Virus record (IMG/VR): IMGVR_UViG_3300042937_000753
Location: 1 to 64,000 of that record
Direction: 5' to 3' (one strand)
Length of the DNA stretch: 64,000 nt
Source: a virus
A program made the translations under genes and the position numbers. This document shows positions 1-10,800 of this stretch, piece by piece. Each line of letters starts with the position of its first letter. Positions within the stretch are counted from its first letter, which is position 1. The notes below the pieces were generated by a model. That model was not told the DNA's origin. It saw only the letters and a program-made list of their open reading frames with translations, and did not search any database.

Positions 1-2938
1 TTTTTCAGGTTCTTCTTTAGAAAGTATATTTGCAGATAGCGGGGAAAATCTAGCTAAAGAAGGAAAACATGTAACAACTCCAGCTTATGATAAAACATAT
101 CCTGGATATCAATTATTGGGTCCAGTAATAACGGGTGCAATAAATGCTATCGCAGGAGGTGGTATGGCATTATTATACTTTGTAGAGGGAGCAAATGCAA
201 CGGTAGATGTAATGTATGCTTTGATAAGAAAAAGACAGTATGCACTTGAACTTGTAGGACATGGTGATTATGATTCTTTTGTAGCACCAAATACACAATT
301 TGATAGAAGATTTATTATGGAAGATGGAATATTTGTAACAGATCAGTTACAAGCTTTTCCGGAATATCAAGATCCAGCAAATCCAGGAGTTCAAGTTAAA
401 TATACTATTAATAATATTAAAAGACCTAAGCTAGCTGTAGTAAGAACAAGAAGAAGTAACAATACATTGGATGGTCCTCATTTCTTATTAGATTCAAATG
501 GTCTAAGCATTGATAGATCTTTAATGACTCTAGGACATGCTATCAGGACATTTAACCCATTAGCAATGTTTTCACTTGGAGTATTTGCTCCCGGTAAAGT
601 TAACTGGTCAGAAAAAGGAAAATCAAGAAATTTTATTAATCCTATTGCAAGTCATTATGCTGGTTTAAAATTTAGAATAGAAAATCAGTATGGACAATTA
701 GATACTGTACAACAAGTTGTGATTACACCATGTGAACAAAAAATAAATTTTAAAACATCTGGAGGTGCTAACTCATTAGCTATTACATCTTATGGTACAT
801 CATGTGGTATACCTAATTTTACACAGAAAAAATTATTCTCTCCTGTATTTTTTGGAGGAGATACATATATAAATAGATTTACAGAAAAGAATATAATGCC
901 TTTCTTTTATGAATGGTTATATGATGTTCCAGATAATATTGAGTGGAACTACTTCTTAAATCAAATGATCCCAGAACCTAAGTTTCAAGTAAATAGTCAA
1001 CCCTGGGATATTAGTGATTTTAATTTAAGTAATGTAATTGGCTTGTTTACTCAAGCTGATTATGGAGAAGGTTTACTTCCTAGAAGTTACTATGACTTAG
1101 ATTGTATTGGTTATAATCTTGCAACTAATCTTGTTATTACATATCCAGGAACTTTTTCTGTAAAAAAATCTTATTTTTATTTAGCTGCATGTGGAGCTAG
1201 AGATTTCTTTGTTGAGTCAGAAGTACTTGTAGATTTTAGAGATCCCGGAACATTCCCTTGGCAACAACCTTATAATAAATATAATTATACTGATATAAGA
1301 GCAATGTTTGATGCAGATCCTCAAGTATTAAGTAAAGGAAATTATTATGCTTATGATTATAGTTTGAGTGCATCAAGATTTTTATTTAATCAATATTTTA
1401 CGGCAGGCTTTTTACAAGGTAGTACATATGATCCTGAAGTAGCTGAGTTGTGTTATGTAAGTTATCCAAATAGAATAACCTACTCATTACCTCAACAAGA
1501 GTCAAGTCTTATTGATGCATGGAGAGTATTTCTTCCATTAAATAAAATTGACTTTAAAAGTAAACTTAGTTCAGTTAAGAACTTTGCTAAGACGGGTATG
1601 TTTATCACATTTGAAAATGATAGCCCTTTAATTTTCCAAGGTACTGATACAATACAACTTGATGATAGTGGAACAAAAGTAACTGTAGGAGATGCTGGGT
1701 TATTTCAACAAGCACCACAAAATGTTGTTGTTGCAGAAAAACCATATGAATATGGATCTTCTCAAAACAAGTATGGTGTAGTTTCAACTCCCGCAGGACT
1801 TTTCTATATATCACAAAATCAAGGGAAGATCTTTTCCTACAGAGAAGGATTAAAAGAAATATCTCAAACAGGTATGAAGTGGTGGTTCAGTGAATTTCTA
1901 CCATATAAACTATTAGAAGATTTTCCAAGCTATCCCCATACTGATAATCCAGTAGCTGGTATAGCATGTATGGCTAGTTATGATAATGATAATAGTGTAT
2001 TATTCTTTTCTAAAAAAGACTATAGATTAAGAGAACAATATAAAGGTTTAGTAACATATAGTGAATTTAATGATACATTTTATTTAGTAAATTTATCAGG
2101 TTCAGCAACTAAAATAAAGTTAGGTAATCCAACATACTTTTATGATGCATCTTGGACAATGAGTTATGATCCTAAATTAGAGTTCTGGGTTAGTTTCCAT
2201 GACTGGCATCCTGATTTTTATATTCCTAGTAAAGGAACCTTTCTTACTACTAAGAAAGATGGTATATGGAAACACAGTGCATTTTGTAATGACTACTGTA
2301 ATTTTTATGGTGTACAATATCCTTTTGAAGTTGAACTACCTGTAGTAACATCTCAAATGGTTAACACTATAAAAAGTATTGAATACTATTTAGAATGTTA
2401 CAGAAGGGATAGAGATTTATGTATAGATCAGTTTCATGTACTAGATTATAATTTTGATAGAGCTGTTGTATATAATTCAGAACAAATATCTGGTTATCTT
2501 AATCTTAATCTATATCCTAAAAATGATATTCCATTATCATTACAGTTTCCAAAATTAGCACCTGACTTAGTTAGTTATGATATCTTATATGCTAAAGAAG
2601 AACAAAAGTATAGAATTAATCAGTTCTGGGATATTACTAAAAACCGTGGAGAGTTTCCAATTGGTTCATCTTATCCTCCTGCTCCAGGACCATACTTACC
2701 AAGTCCAGATTCAACGGTTCTTTTAGGAAACTATCAAGATCAAAATATATGGATTACTCAACCTAATGGCTATATAAAAAATATTAATCCCGTTAATGTA
2801 GATTATAATAAACCTGAGTTACAAAGAAAAAAACTTAGAGGATATATTAACTTTATAAATCTTACTAAGACTAATTCAAGAAACACAAACATGATTTTGA
2901 AAATAGTAAATACAAAAACTCAATACTCACCTAGATAA
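1..2938 (+). CDS. Tail stabilisation / muzzle-like structural protein of crAss-like phage (5'-partial)
   Basis: Frame is open from nt 2 with no stop before the TTG at 116, so the gene starts upstream of the window. Beta-rich C-terminal part (FGGDTYINRF, YGSSQNK, WTMSYDP..FWVSFHDWHP, KKLRG) resembles crAss-like tail stabilisation proteins, and it lies just before the cargo genes. Confidence 0.65.
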   Translation, partial: FSGSSLESIFADSGENLAKEGKHVTTPAYDKTYPGYQLLGPVITGAINAIAGGGMALLYFVEGANATVDVMYALIRKRQYALELVGHGDYDSFVAPNTQFDRRFIMEDGIFVTDQLQAFPEYQDPANPGVQVKYTINNIKRPKLAVVRTRRSNNTLDGPHFLLDSNGLSIDRSLMTLGHAIRTFNPLAMFSLGVFAPGKVNWSEKGKSRNFINPIASHYAGLKFRIENQYGQLDTVQQVVITPCEQKINFKTSGGANSLAITSYGTSCGIPNFTQKKLFSPVFFGGDTYINRFTEKNIMPFFYEWLYDVPDNIEWNYFLNQMIPEPKFQVNSQPWDISDFNLSNVIGLFTQADYGEGLLPRSYYDLDCIGYNLATNLVITYPGTFSVKKSYFYLAACGARDFFVESEVLVDFRDPGTFPWQQPYNKYNYTDIRAMFDADPQVLSKGNYYAYDYSLSASRFLFNQYFTAGFLQGSTYDPEVAELCYVSYPNRITYSLPQQESSLIDAWRVFLPLNKIDFKSKLSSVKNFAKTGMFITFENDSPLIFQGTDTIQLDDSGTKVTVGDAGLFQQAPQNVVVAEKPYEYGSSQNKYGVVSTPAGLFYISQNQGKIFSYREGLKEISQTGMKWWFSEFLPYKLLEDFPSYPHTDNPVAGIACMASYDNDNSVLFFSKKDYRLREQYKGLVTYSEFNDTFYLVNLSGSATKIKLGNPTYFYDASWTMSYDPKLEFWVSFHDWHPDFYIPSKGTFLTTKKDGIWKHSAFCNDYCNFYGVQYPFEVELPVVTSQMVNTIKSIEYYLECYRRDRDLCIDQFHVLDYNFDRAVVYNSEQISGYLNLNLYPKNDIPLSLQFPKLAPDLVSYDILYAKEEQKYRINQFWDITKNRGEFPIGSSYPPAPGPYLPSPDSTVLLGNYQDQNIWITQPNGYIKNINPVNVDYNKPELQRKKLRGYINFINLTKTNSRNTNMILKIVNTKTQYSPR

Positions 2939-4893
2939 TGTATAATAAAAAATTATTTTTAGATGCAATAAAGAATTTAAATGAAACTCCTAAAATGAAA
3001 AAAGGAGGTGGAAAAGGATTCTCTAGCAATTTAGGAGCTACTAACAGACTCTTTAAAAAGAATGGACTTTTTAAAAAGGGCCCTTTGTCTAAACCTAATC
3101 CATTATATAAAAAGAAAAACTATAAGAGTAAGACATATGATCCTCAGTCAATGTATTTTGATAATGGTGGAATCAATAAATTAGAAGGTAATCTTATTTC
3201 TAAAGTATTAATGGAAAGAAATAGAGGAGTTGATTTTGTAGATAGAGCTTTTGCATTAGGAGATAATCCAGGAACACCAATGTTTAATCTACCCGATGAT
3301 GAACAGTTTGGTCAAAACATGTCACACAAGATGGCATGGGGTGAAGATGATAATGGTCAAGCTTGGATGTATCCTACAATAATGAATCCTAATAATGAAG
3401 CTATTCAAGTTCCTAATCAATATGCTGATTATATTTCTTCTGAAGGTTATAAAAATGCAACAGGAATGAATCAATATAAAGCAGGTGGTTCTGCACCTTG
3501 TCCTCCTGGACACTACTATAATGGTAAAGAATGTGTTAAAATACCTAAAGGAGCTAAAGTAATTAAAGATCCTAAAGAATATGAAAAAAGAAAAGCTGCT
3601 TATAATGATAGTTTAGATTTGTATAAGTTAAACTCAGGCATTAAAAGACGTTTTCCAAAATTACCAGAAATCACTAAAGAAAAGTATGATGAAATAAGTA
3701 AGAAATTTGATGATTTAACAATTTGGGATATTGATAAAGTTGGATACAAAGAAGATAAAAAGTTAAAAATTAATAAACCTCTAGAAAGTTACGTTTATAG
3801 TTATAGAAATGAAGATCAATTGAAAAATCCTACATTTATTAAAAATAACAAAGATCTTTATACTGATTACAGTGATGATCATGATAAATACCAAATAAAA
3901 CTTAAAAATGGGGATATTAAAATACCAGGTATTATTTATAAAGGTAAACCTGATTTTAGTACAGCATATACTATTATTTCACCTGATGGAACATCTCGTT
4001 ATTATCATCTTAACTATGACACAAATAAATTTGAGTTAGGGGATATTTATTCAAATAAAATAAAACCTATTCATCAATCTTATTATGGTTCAGATAAACT
4101 GATAAATAATGGAAGTATATCAAGTACAGGATGGTATGGAAAAAGTAAAAAACCAAATAAAAATGAACTTAAACAATGGTTAAATCATACTTTAGATTTT
4201 GAGTATATGAATACTTATAAAAAACCTGTGCAACCTGTTGTATTAGATAAAGAATATATTAAATCTATAGTAACTCCAGTACCTCCAGGTAAAATACAAG
4301 TAGGAACAAAAGAAATACAAACTTTAAATGAGAAAACAGGAAGAGTAACAACACTTATTGAACCTGTGTATGAGGATGCGCCTATGCCAGAAAGATTACC
4401 GCTATTACCACCAAAACTTATAGATACGTCAAGAGCTGAACTACAAGGAGAGTATCAAGAAGAACCTGAATTAGTCCCTCCTAGTTGGAATCAACATGAA
4501 CCATCAACATATAGACTTCCTGTTAAACCAAAATATCGGGGTAAACTTCAAAATCCATCAAGGTATAATCCTGTTGCAGCTATCACACAATATTTTAGTG
4601 GTTATAAACCATTAGATGAGGAAGAGTATGTAGATGTAGAAGGTAGAATTGTTCCTAAAGGTTTTACTTCATTACAAGACATAGGTGTACAAAGAAGATA
4701 CAATAAAGCTTATGATGAGTATGAAACTAAAAAACAGGAATATGAAGCTAAACAACAGTTTGCAAAAGCTATGGCTGCAGGTCTTAGTTTAAAAAAATAT
4801 GGTGGTGAACCTGATTACCAACTAGGTGATGAGATTGATGAAGATACCATGAATGAGTTAAAAAGATTAGGTTATACATTTGAAGAAATTTAA
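2938..4893 (+). CDS. Putative virion cargo protein with PhixxGG motifs and C-terminal tag (651 aa)
   Basis: ORF coupled by TAATG overlap. Motifs MKKGG, FDNGG, YKAGG, KKYGG; Cys pair CPPGHYYNGKEC; C-terminus EIDEDTMNELKRLGYTFEEI. Confidence 0.6.
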   Translation: MYNKKLFLDAIKNLNETPKMKKGGGKGFSSNLGATNRLFKKNGLFKKGPLSKPNPLYKKKNYKSKTYDPQSMYFDNGGINKLEGNLISKVLMERNRGVDFVDRAFALGDNPGTPMFNLPDDEQFGQNMSHKMAWGEDDNGQAWMYPTIMNPNNEAIQVPNQYADYISSEGYKNATGMNQYKAGGSAPCPPGHYYNGKECVKIPKGAKVIKDPKEYEKRKAAYNDSLDLYKLNSGIKRRFPKLPEITKEKYDEISKKFDDLTIWDIDKVGYKEDKKLKINKPLESYVYSYRNEDQLKNPTFIKNNKDLYTDYSDDHDKYQIKLKNGDIKIPGIIYKGKPDFSTAYTIISPDGTSRYYHLNYDTNKFELGDIYSNKIKPIHQSYYGSDKLINNGSISSTGWYGKSKKPNKNELKQWLNHTLDFEYMNTYKKPVQPVVLDKEYIKSIVTPVPPGKIQVGTKEIQTLNEKTGRVTTLIEPVYEDAPMPERLPLLPPKLIDTSRAELQGEYQEEPELVPPSWNQHEPSTYRLPVKPKYRGKLQNPSRYNPVAAITQYFSGYKPLDEEEYVDVEGRIVPKGFTSLQDIGVQRRYNKAYDEYETKKQEYEAKQQFAKAMAAGLSLKKYGGEPDYQLGDEIDEDTMNELKRLGYTFEEI

Positions 4894-4895
4894 AT

Positions 4896-7800
4896 ATGAA
4901 AAAGTATATTATAACTAGCATTCCTCAAAATAAAAAACTAAACACTTATGCTAGAGGTGGTGAACCCGGAGATAAATATTTCAAGTATCAGAATACTCAG
5001 TACAAAAAAGATCCTCAAGGTAACTGGTATAAATGGAATGGTAAGAGTTGGAGTGCAGCTGGTTATGGTGACAGTGCTTATGATTTAGATCAACACATTA
5101 GTCTTCAAGACTGGGAACAAGCTGGAAGATTCCAAGCAGATGATGCTAACTGGTCAAATGATAAACCAAAAGCAACTACATCTAATTATGAAACTGAAAG
5201 AAACAAAGTTCTAAATAGTCCTTTAGCAACTACACAACAAAAAATTAAAGCAACACAGGCTCCCTTAAAGAGTAATGTTGACTTGAATAAAAAGCTTGTA
5301 GAACAAAAACAGCAAGAAGATTATTTAGCTGAGCAAAATAAGCTGAGAGAACTTCAAGAAGAACAGAGAAGAAAAGAAGAGGAAGAAGCAAGATTGTTAA
5401 ATCCTAATTTTTATAATTCAGAAACCTTGCCTGCTGTTGCTAGGCAATCCGGAGCTCTTCTTACTGAGAAAGAAGAGGATGACTTTGAAGCTCATAAGAA
5501 AGACTTAGGTCAAAAATATGAATACCTTGCAAAGGATCAGTTAGACAATAATTATGTTCGTTATAAAAGTGAATATAAAAATAATGCAAAAGCTACATTT
5601 CAAAATTTAGAGTGGGATCAAGCAGATAAACTAGCAACATTAGCAACTCAATATAATACTAATGTATCTGATGCAGACATTAGAGAACAGTTTCCAAAGG
5701 CCACTGACAAAGAGTTATCTCAATATAAAGACTTTATCAATAGTTCAAGTCGTGACCTAACTGATCAACTTCTTGGTTATGCTCATTCAGTAGATTTAAC
5801 TAAAGCTTTAAAAAAAACACATTGGAATAGCGGTCCTAATAATGATCAAGTAAAAGCTCTGGATCCAAATGATCCTAATCACATTGAGTTGTCTGGTAGA
5901 ATGCCAGGAACAGTAGGAGAATGGGGAACTAGAATAGCTGATGTTATTGCTAATCCACTTGATGCTATTCATTATGGTATGAGTCCAACAGAGGAGATGC
6001 CAATGAATATGTATGAGTATGAGAAAGCAAAACAACAAATTGGTTTTGAAGATGGTGCAGATTTAAATGCAGTTAATTCAGGTTTAGATTTTGCTTCATG
6101 GTTTCATCCAGTAGGTATGTATGCTCAAGGTATGAAAATGATTCAACCTACTGGTGAATCACTAGTTAAATTTGCACAAGATCCAAGTTGGGGTGGAGCT
6201 GGTAATGCAGCTTTAAATATTGGTATGAATGCATTAGCATTTTATGGCGCAAAAAGCCCTTTTAAATTTCTTGCAGAAAATTCTGCAGAATTAATGGCAG
6301 CACAAAAAGCTGAAATGTATGACTTTGGTTCAAAACTTAATAAATTTAACCGTGAAACTTATACAGGGCCTCAATATTATTCAGAGCAACCTTTACAAAA
6401 GTTTCTTCCTTTAGGACCTTCTAACGCACCTATTAGCGGAACAGTTCTTAAGCCAGGTCCAAACTTATTACCAACAATAAGTCAACCACATGTTGTAACT
6501 GAATCTCCCTTAACTACAATGACACCCGCTGTAGAAAAAAGAGGAACAACTCCTTTATTAGATACAAACATTTCATTGTACAGGCAACAACCTAAAGGAT
6601 ATACTAATAACTATACAGGCCCAGATGATCCAGGATTAATTGAGCATGAAGGATGGGGTAAAATAGGAGATCCAGATTATCAAGCACCTGCAATATTTCC
6701 ATATAGTACAGTTGGTAAGTGGTGGGATTCCAATGCAAGTAGAATGGCAGATACTGGTGTATCTCCAAATACTCAGATAAATTTAGCTAATAATCCACAG
6801 CAAGAGGTTGAAATTTTAAAAGTAGATATACCTTTTTCAGAAGCTTCTAAATTTGCAGCATCTAAAAATCCAGAAGCAGCTCCTTGGGCAAAACAAGATA
6901 CAGAATATATATTACCGGACAAATATAAAGAAGCAGCAGAGTCAACTCCCTTTTTAAATAAACCAGCTTCTTCTATAGATGATGTTGCAATTAATTTAGA
7001 ATCTCAAATAGCAAATTTAAAACAACAAGAAGTTTTAAATGAAGAATCTAGAAAAGTATTATGGGCGGACTATAAGGCAGGTAAGATAACAGGAGAAGAA
7101 TATAATGTTGGTGCAAAAAAATTGAACCCAAACGGGTTTGATAATCCAAGATATGAACTTGAAAAACAATTAAGAGAACATAAAGTTAAACAAGATATTA
7201 GTAATACTCCACAACAAAATATATTACAATCTGAAGAACAATTAGGTAAAAATATATCTGATGGCGGTACAAATAATAAGGGTGTATTTGAATTAGGAGA
7301 TAATTATGTAGCTAGACTAAGTGCGCATGGATATGATGATGCAAGTAGATTAGTCACTTATGCTGATAAAATTAAATCACCAAGAACAGGAAAAACATTA
7401 CAAGTTAAAGAAATAGATGGTAAAGTATATCAAGTTCAAAATAAAGTAACAGGTACTCCTATAACACAGTTATCTGAAACTGAATTACAAAATGTTCCAA
7501 AAAAACACATTGATAATTTTTGGAAAGATAAAGCTGAGTTAGATGGTTTAGGTTTATCCATAGATATAAGTGGTGGTAAATCTAATATATTTTATGATCC
7601 TAAAAAAGGATTTCAAATTATTGATTTAGGTATTGGAGAAAGTTCAGCTAATGAAGTAATTGCTGAAACTTATAAAGGACTTAAATTACCAAGTTCTGTA
7701 AAACCAGTTAAATCTAAATATAATATATCAGGGGCAACGGATCCTGTAACAGGTGATGCAAAAAAACAATTTCTTAAAGATTTACAAGAAGATGGTGATT

Positions 7801-10800
7801 ACAATTTATTTAAAGAGAATGCTAAAATAAAAGATCCTCAAACGGGAGCTTGGCAATCAAGTTTTGGTGTACCTAATGTTCAAGATGATTTTTTTAAAGG
7901 TCAAGGTTTATCTGAAGAAAATTCACTGAGTGGTATATCAGGAGCAACCGATCCTATAACAGGTGATGTAATAAACTTTTCTAAAGATGACAATCAAATT
8001 GTAAGTGATATTATAAATGATGTTAGAGAAAGAAAGATAGGTTTATGGCAAACACCTGAAGGACAAAGCAGATTACAAAAGATGATTGACAATACACCAT
8101 CTTTAAAAGGCCAAACTCCAGAATCAATGATTGAAGGTGTTGCTTCAATGACCAATTTAAATAATATATATGCTAGTAAATTAACAGCTAAAGAAAGTAT
8201 AGAATTACAAATGCTTAAGGTAGATTCATTACATGACCAAGGCTTAATTACAGATACAGATTACTTTAATCAGTCAGCAGCTCTTGATGAGGAACTTAAA
8301 ACTGTTGAATTAAGTATAGCTGAATCTGAAGAAACGTTGAATAAAAATTATGGTTTTTATTCAGCAGAATCAAACACTATGGGGATTCAACCAGGAGCTT
8401 GGAAGAATGAAGATATTGCTAAAATTGGTTCACATGAATTTGGTCATATTCTAGGTTCGTTTGGTAGAGAAGGAAAAGTAGGAACAACTTATTTAGATGA
8501 TAAGTTAAAAACATTAAAGTTATTACCTGATTCAGCAGAGCAACTAAAAATAGAATTTCCAAATGAAGCTGGTTCTAAATTATATACCACAGCCTATAAT
8601 GTAATGGGTGAGGGTAGAGATAACTATCAATCAAAAACTAAAAAGTATTTTGAGGAAGGTTCCGGTGGAACAGAAAGAGTTCCTATGGTTTCAGAAGTAA
8701 GAGAAGACATGCTAGATAAAGGAATTATTAAATCAGAATATGATAAGATAACTCCAAAAATGTTAAAGGATCATTATAAAGATTACAAAAAAACAAGAGG
8801 TGAAAAGTATCCTTTAAGAATATATGATGTAATTAAAAATGACTCTGAGAACTTCAACATTATGAGTGAGGTTCTTAATGCTCTTCCTATGATTTCTGTA
8901 GCTGCAACAGTATATGATCAGCTGGATGGTAATGATGATAATTCTGTAACTGAAGCAAGTATGCTTGGTCTTATTGGACTTATTGGAAAAAAACCTGGTA
9001 CATTTAAAATGCCTAAGAGACTTCAAGGTATAGTAAATGACTTTAAAAAGTATGGTAATGGTGCTTTGACTGGATTAAGAGAGTTGGATGTAAGATATAT
9101 TAAAAAAGAAACACAAAAACTTTTGGATGAATTTGCCAAAACAGATGTTGACTTAGGATATATATATGGTAAACCAGGTCTTTATCAGGAACAAGGAAAA
9201 TTAGAAGGTCTTATTAATACTAGAAATGATAAGTTTAAAAACTTTTTTAGAGACAGAGAACTTGTAGTTCAAGGTCTTGATCCGAAAAGTTCTTTAGCAA
9301 AGTATCTTTTTCCAGAAGCAGAAGCACGGGTAAAATTAAAACAATTTGATGTAGATCAGTATAACAAAGCAGCAGATGTGTTTAAAGTAACACCAGAAGG
9401 ATTAGAATCAAATAAACCTTCTGTGTTTGAAGGAGTAACAACTACCGGTGAAAAAACAATAACAGACTTAAGTACAGGTGAAAAAGTAAAAGCTGAAGTA
9501 AAACTCCCGGGTGCTAGAGAAGAATATAAAGTTGTTGATGGAGATCTTGTAAAAACAGATACTAGTATAAATACTCCAATTATTTCTACAGAGTATGTAA
9601 CAGCTTTAAAAAACTCAAGGAATGATGTTGAAACTAAAATACCAGGAGCAAAAGTATTTGGGTCTAGTGTTCTTGTTACTGAAGCTGGTATGCCACATAT
9701 CACAGGAGATATTGATGTATTAATTTCTCAGTCTGATTATAATAAAAATGTAAAAAACAATTTTCCTTTTGTACAAGATTATGGTCCTGCAAAACAACAT
9801 TCTGTATATAAAGACTATGGTCAAGAAGGAGTTTTAGACTTTAATATAATTCACGAAGATGCTAATGGAAAAGTAATACCATATTACAATCCTGATATAC
9901 CTGACAAGACTCCAACAGAAATAGAATTATTTAGACAGTTTTATCCTGATAAATTTCAAGAAGCTTCTGCTAAAGCAGCTACTACAGGAAAACCTTTAGA
10001 GATAAATATGTCATCAAAAGAATTTATGGCAGGTATTGATCCTCAAGTAAAAACTGTAATTGATTCATATGAAACATCACCATTCAATAAATGGGGATTA
10101 TATAATGCTAATAAAGAAAAACATATCTTAAGACCTGATGTTTTAATTGCTTATGGAAAGCCTGAAGTAGTAGCTAAAGGACAAGAAGCTTATATTAAAT
10201 CAATTGTTGGTCATAAAGGTAATTTAGGACATCAGTTTTCAGAACAAGCTTTGAGTGATGTAAATAAAAATGTTGAGGCTTTAGTAGCTATGAATTTTAA
10301 AGGTGATAATGTATTACAAGTAGCCCAAGATCCAAAAAGAATGCAATTAGCAATAAATGACTACTATATAAATAACACAGTATTCTCTAGAGAGATAAGT
10401 GAATATAGTTTACCAGGTCGTAAATATAAAGAGGATATTATAAAAACAGCTTTAACAGAATGGTTCCCAGGTAAAGGAGCAAGTTATAACGGTATTGGAT
10501 TAAACACTGTACAAAAAGGAAATCCAAATCATATTATGGCAACTGATAACCCAATTATTGGGCATAGGCAAATAGGTTTAAAATTGGATACAAATGATCC
10601 TGTATCTTATGTTAATTCAATTGTAAGAGGTACAAGTGGTAATTATGTTTTTACACCTGAAGAATTTAAATTTATTGAAGAGCTTGCTGATAAGTATATA
10701 CCAGAAGTACGTTCCCAAATGCCATCAAATTTTAAAGCAAGAGATATTTTAAATTTACAACCTAACCTGCCATTTACAAATAAACCTAAAGAATTCTTAG

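Noticed and set aside
116-118. TTG start of the first ORF
   Set aside because: The frame is open to the window edge, so the gene is truncated by the window.
8541-8558. QLKIEF as a clamp-binding motif in the 2293-aa protein
   Set aside because: Only a loose match to the hexameric consensus, and it lies within a probable folded zincin region. Too weak to claim.
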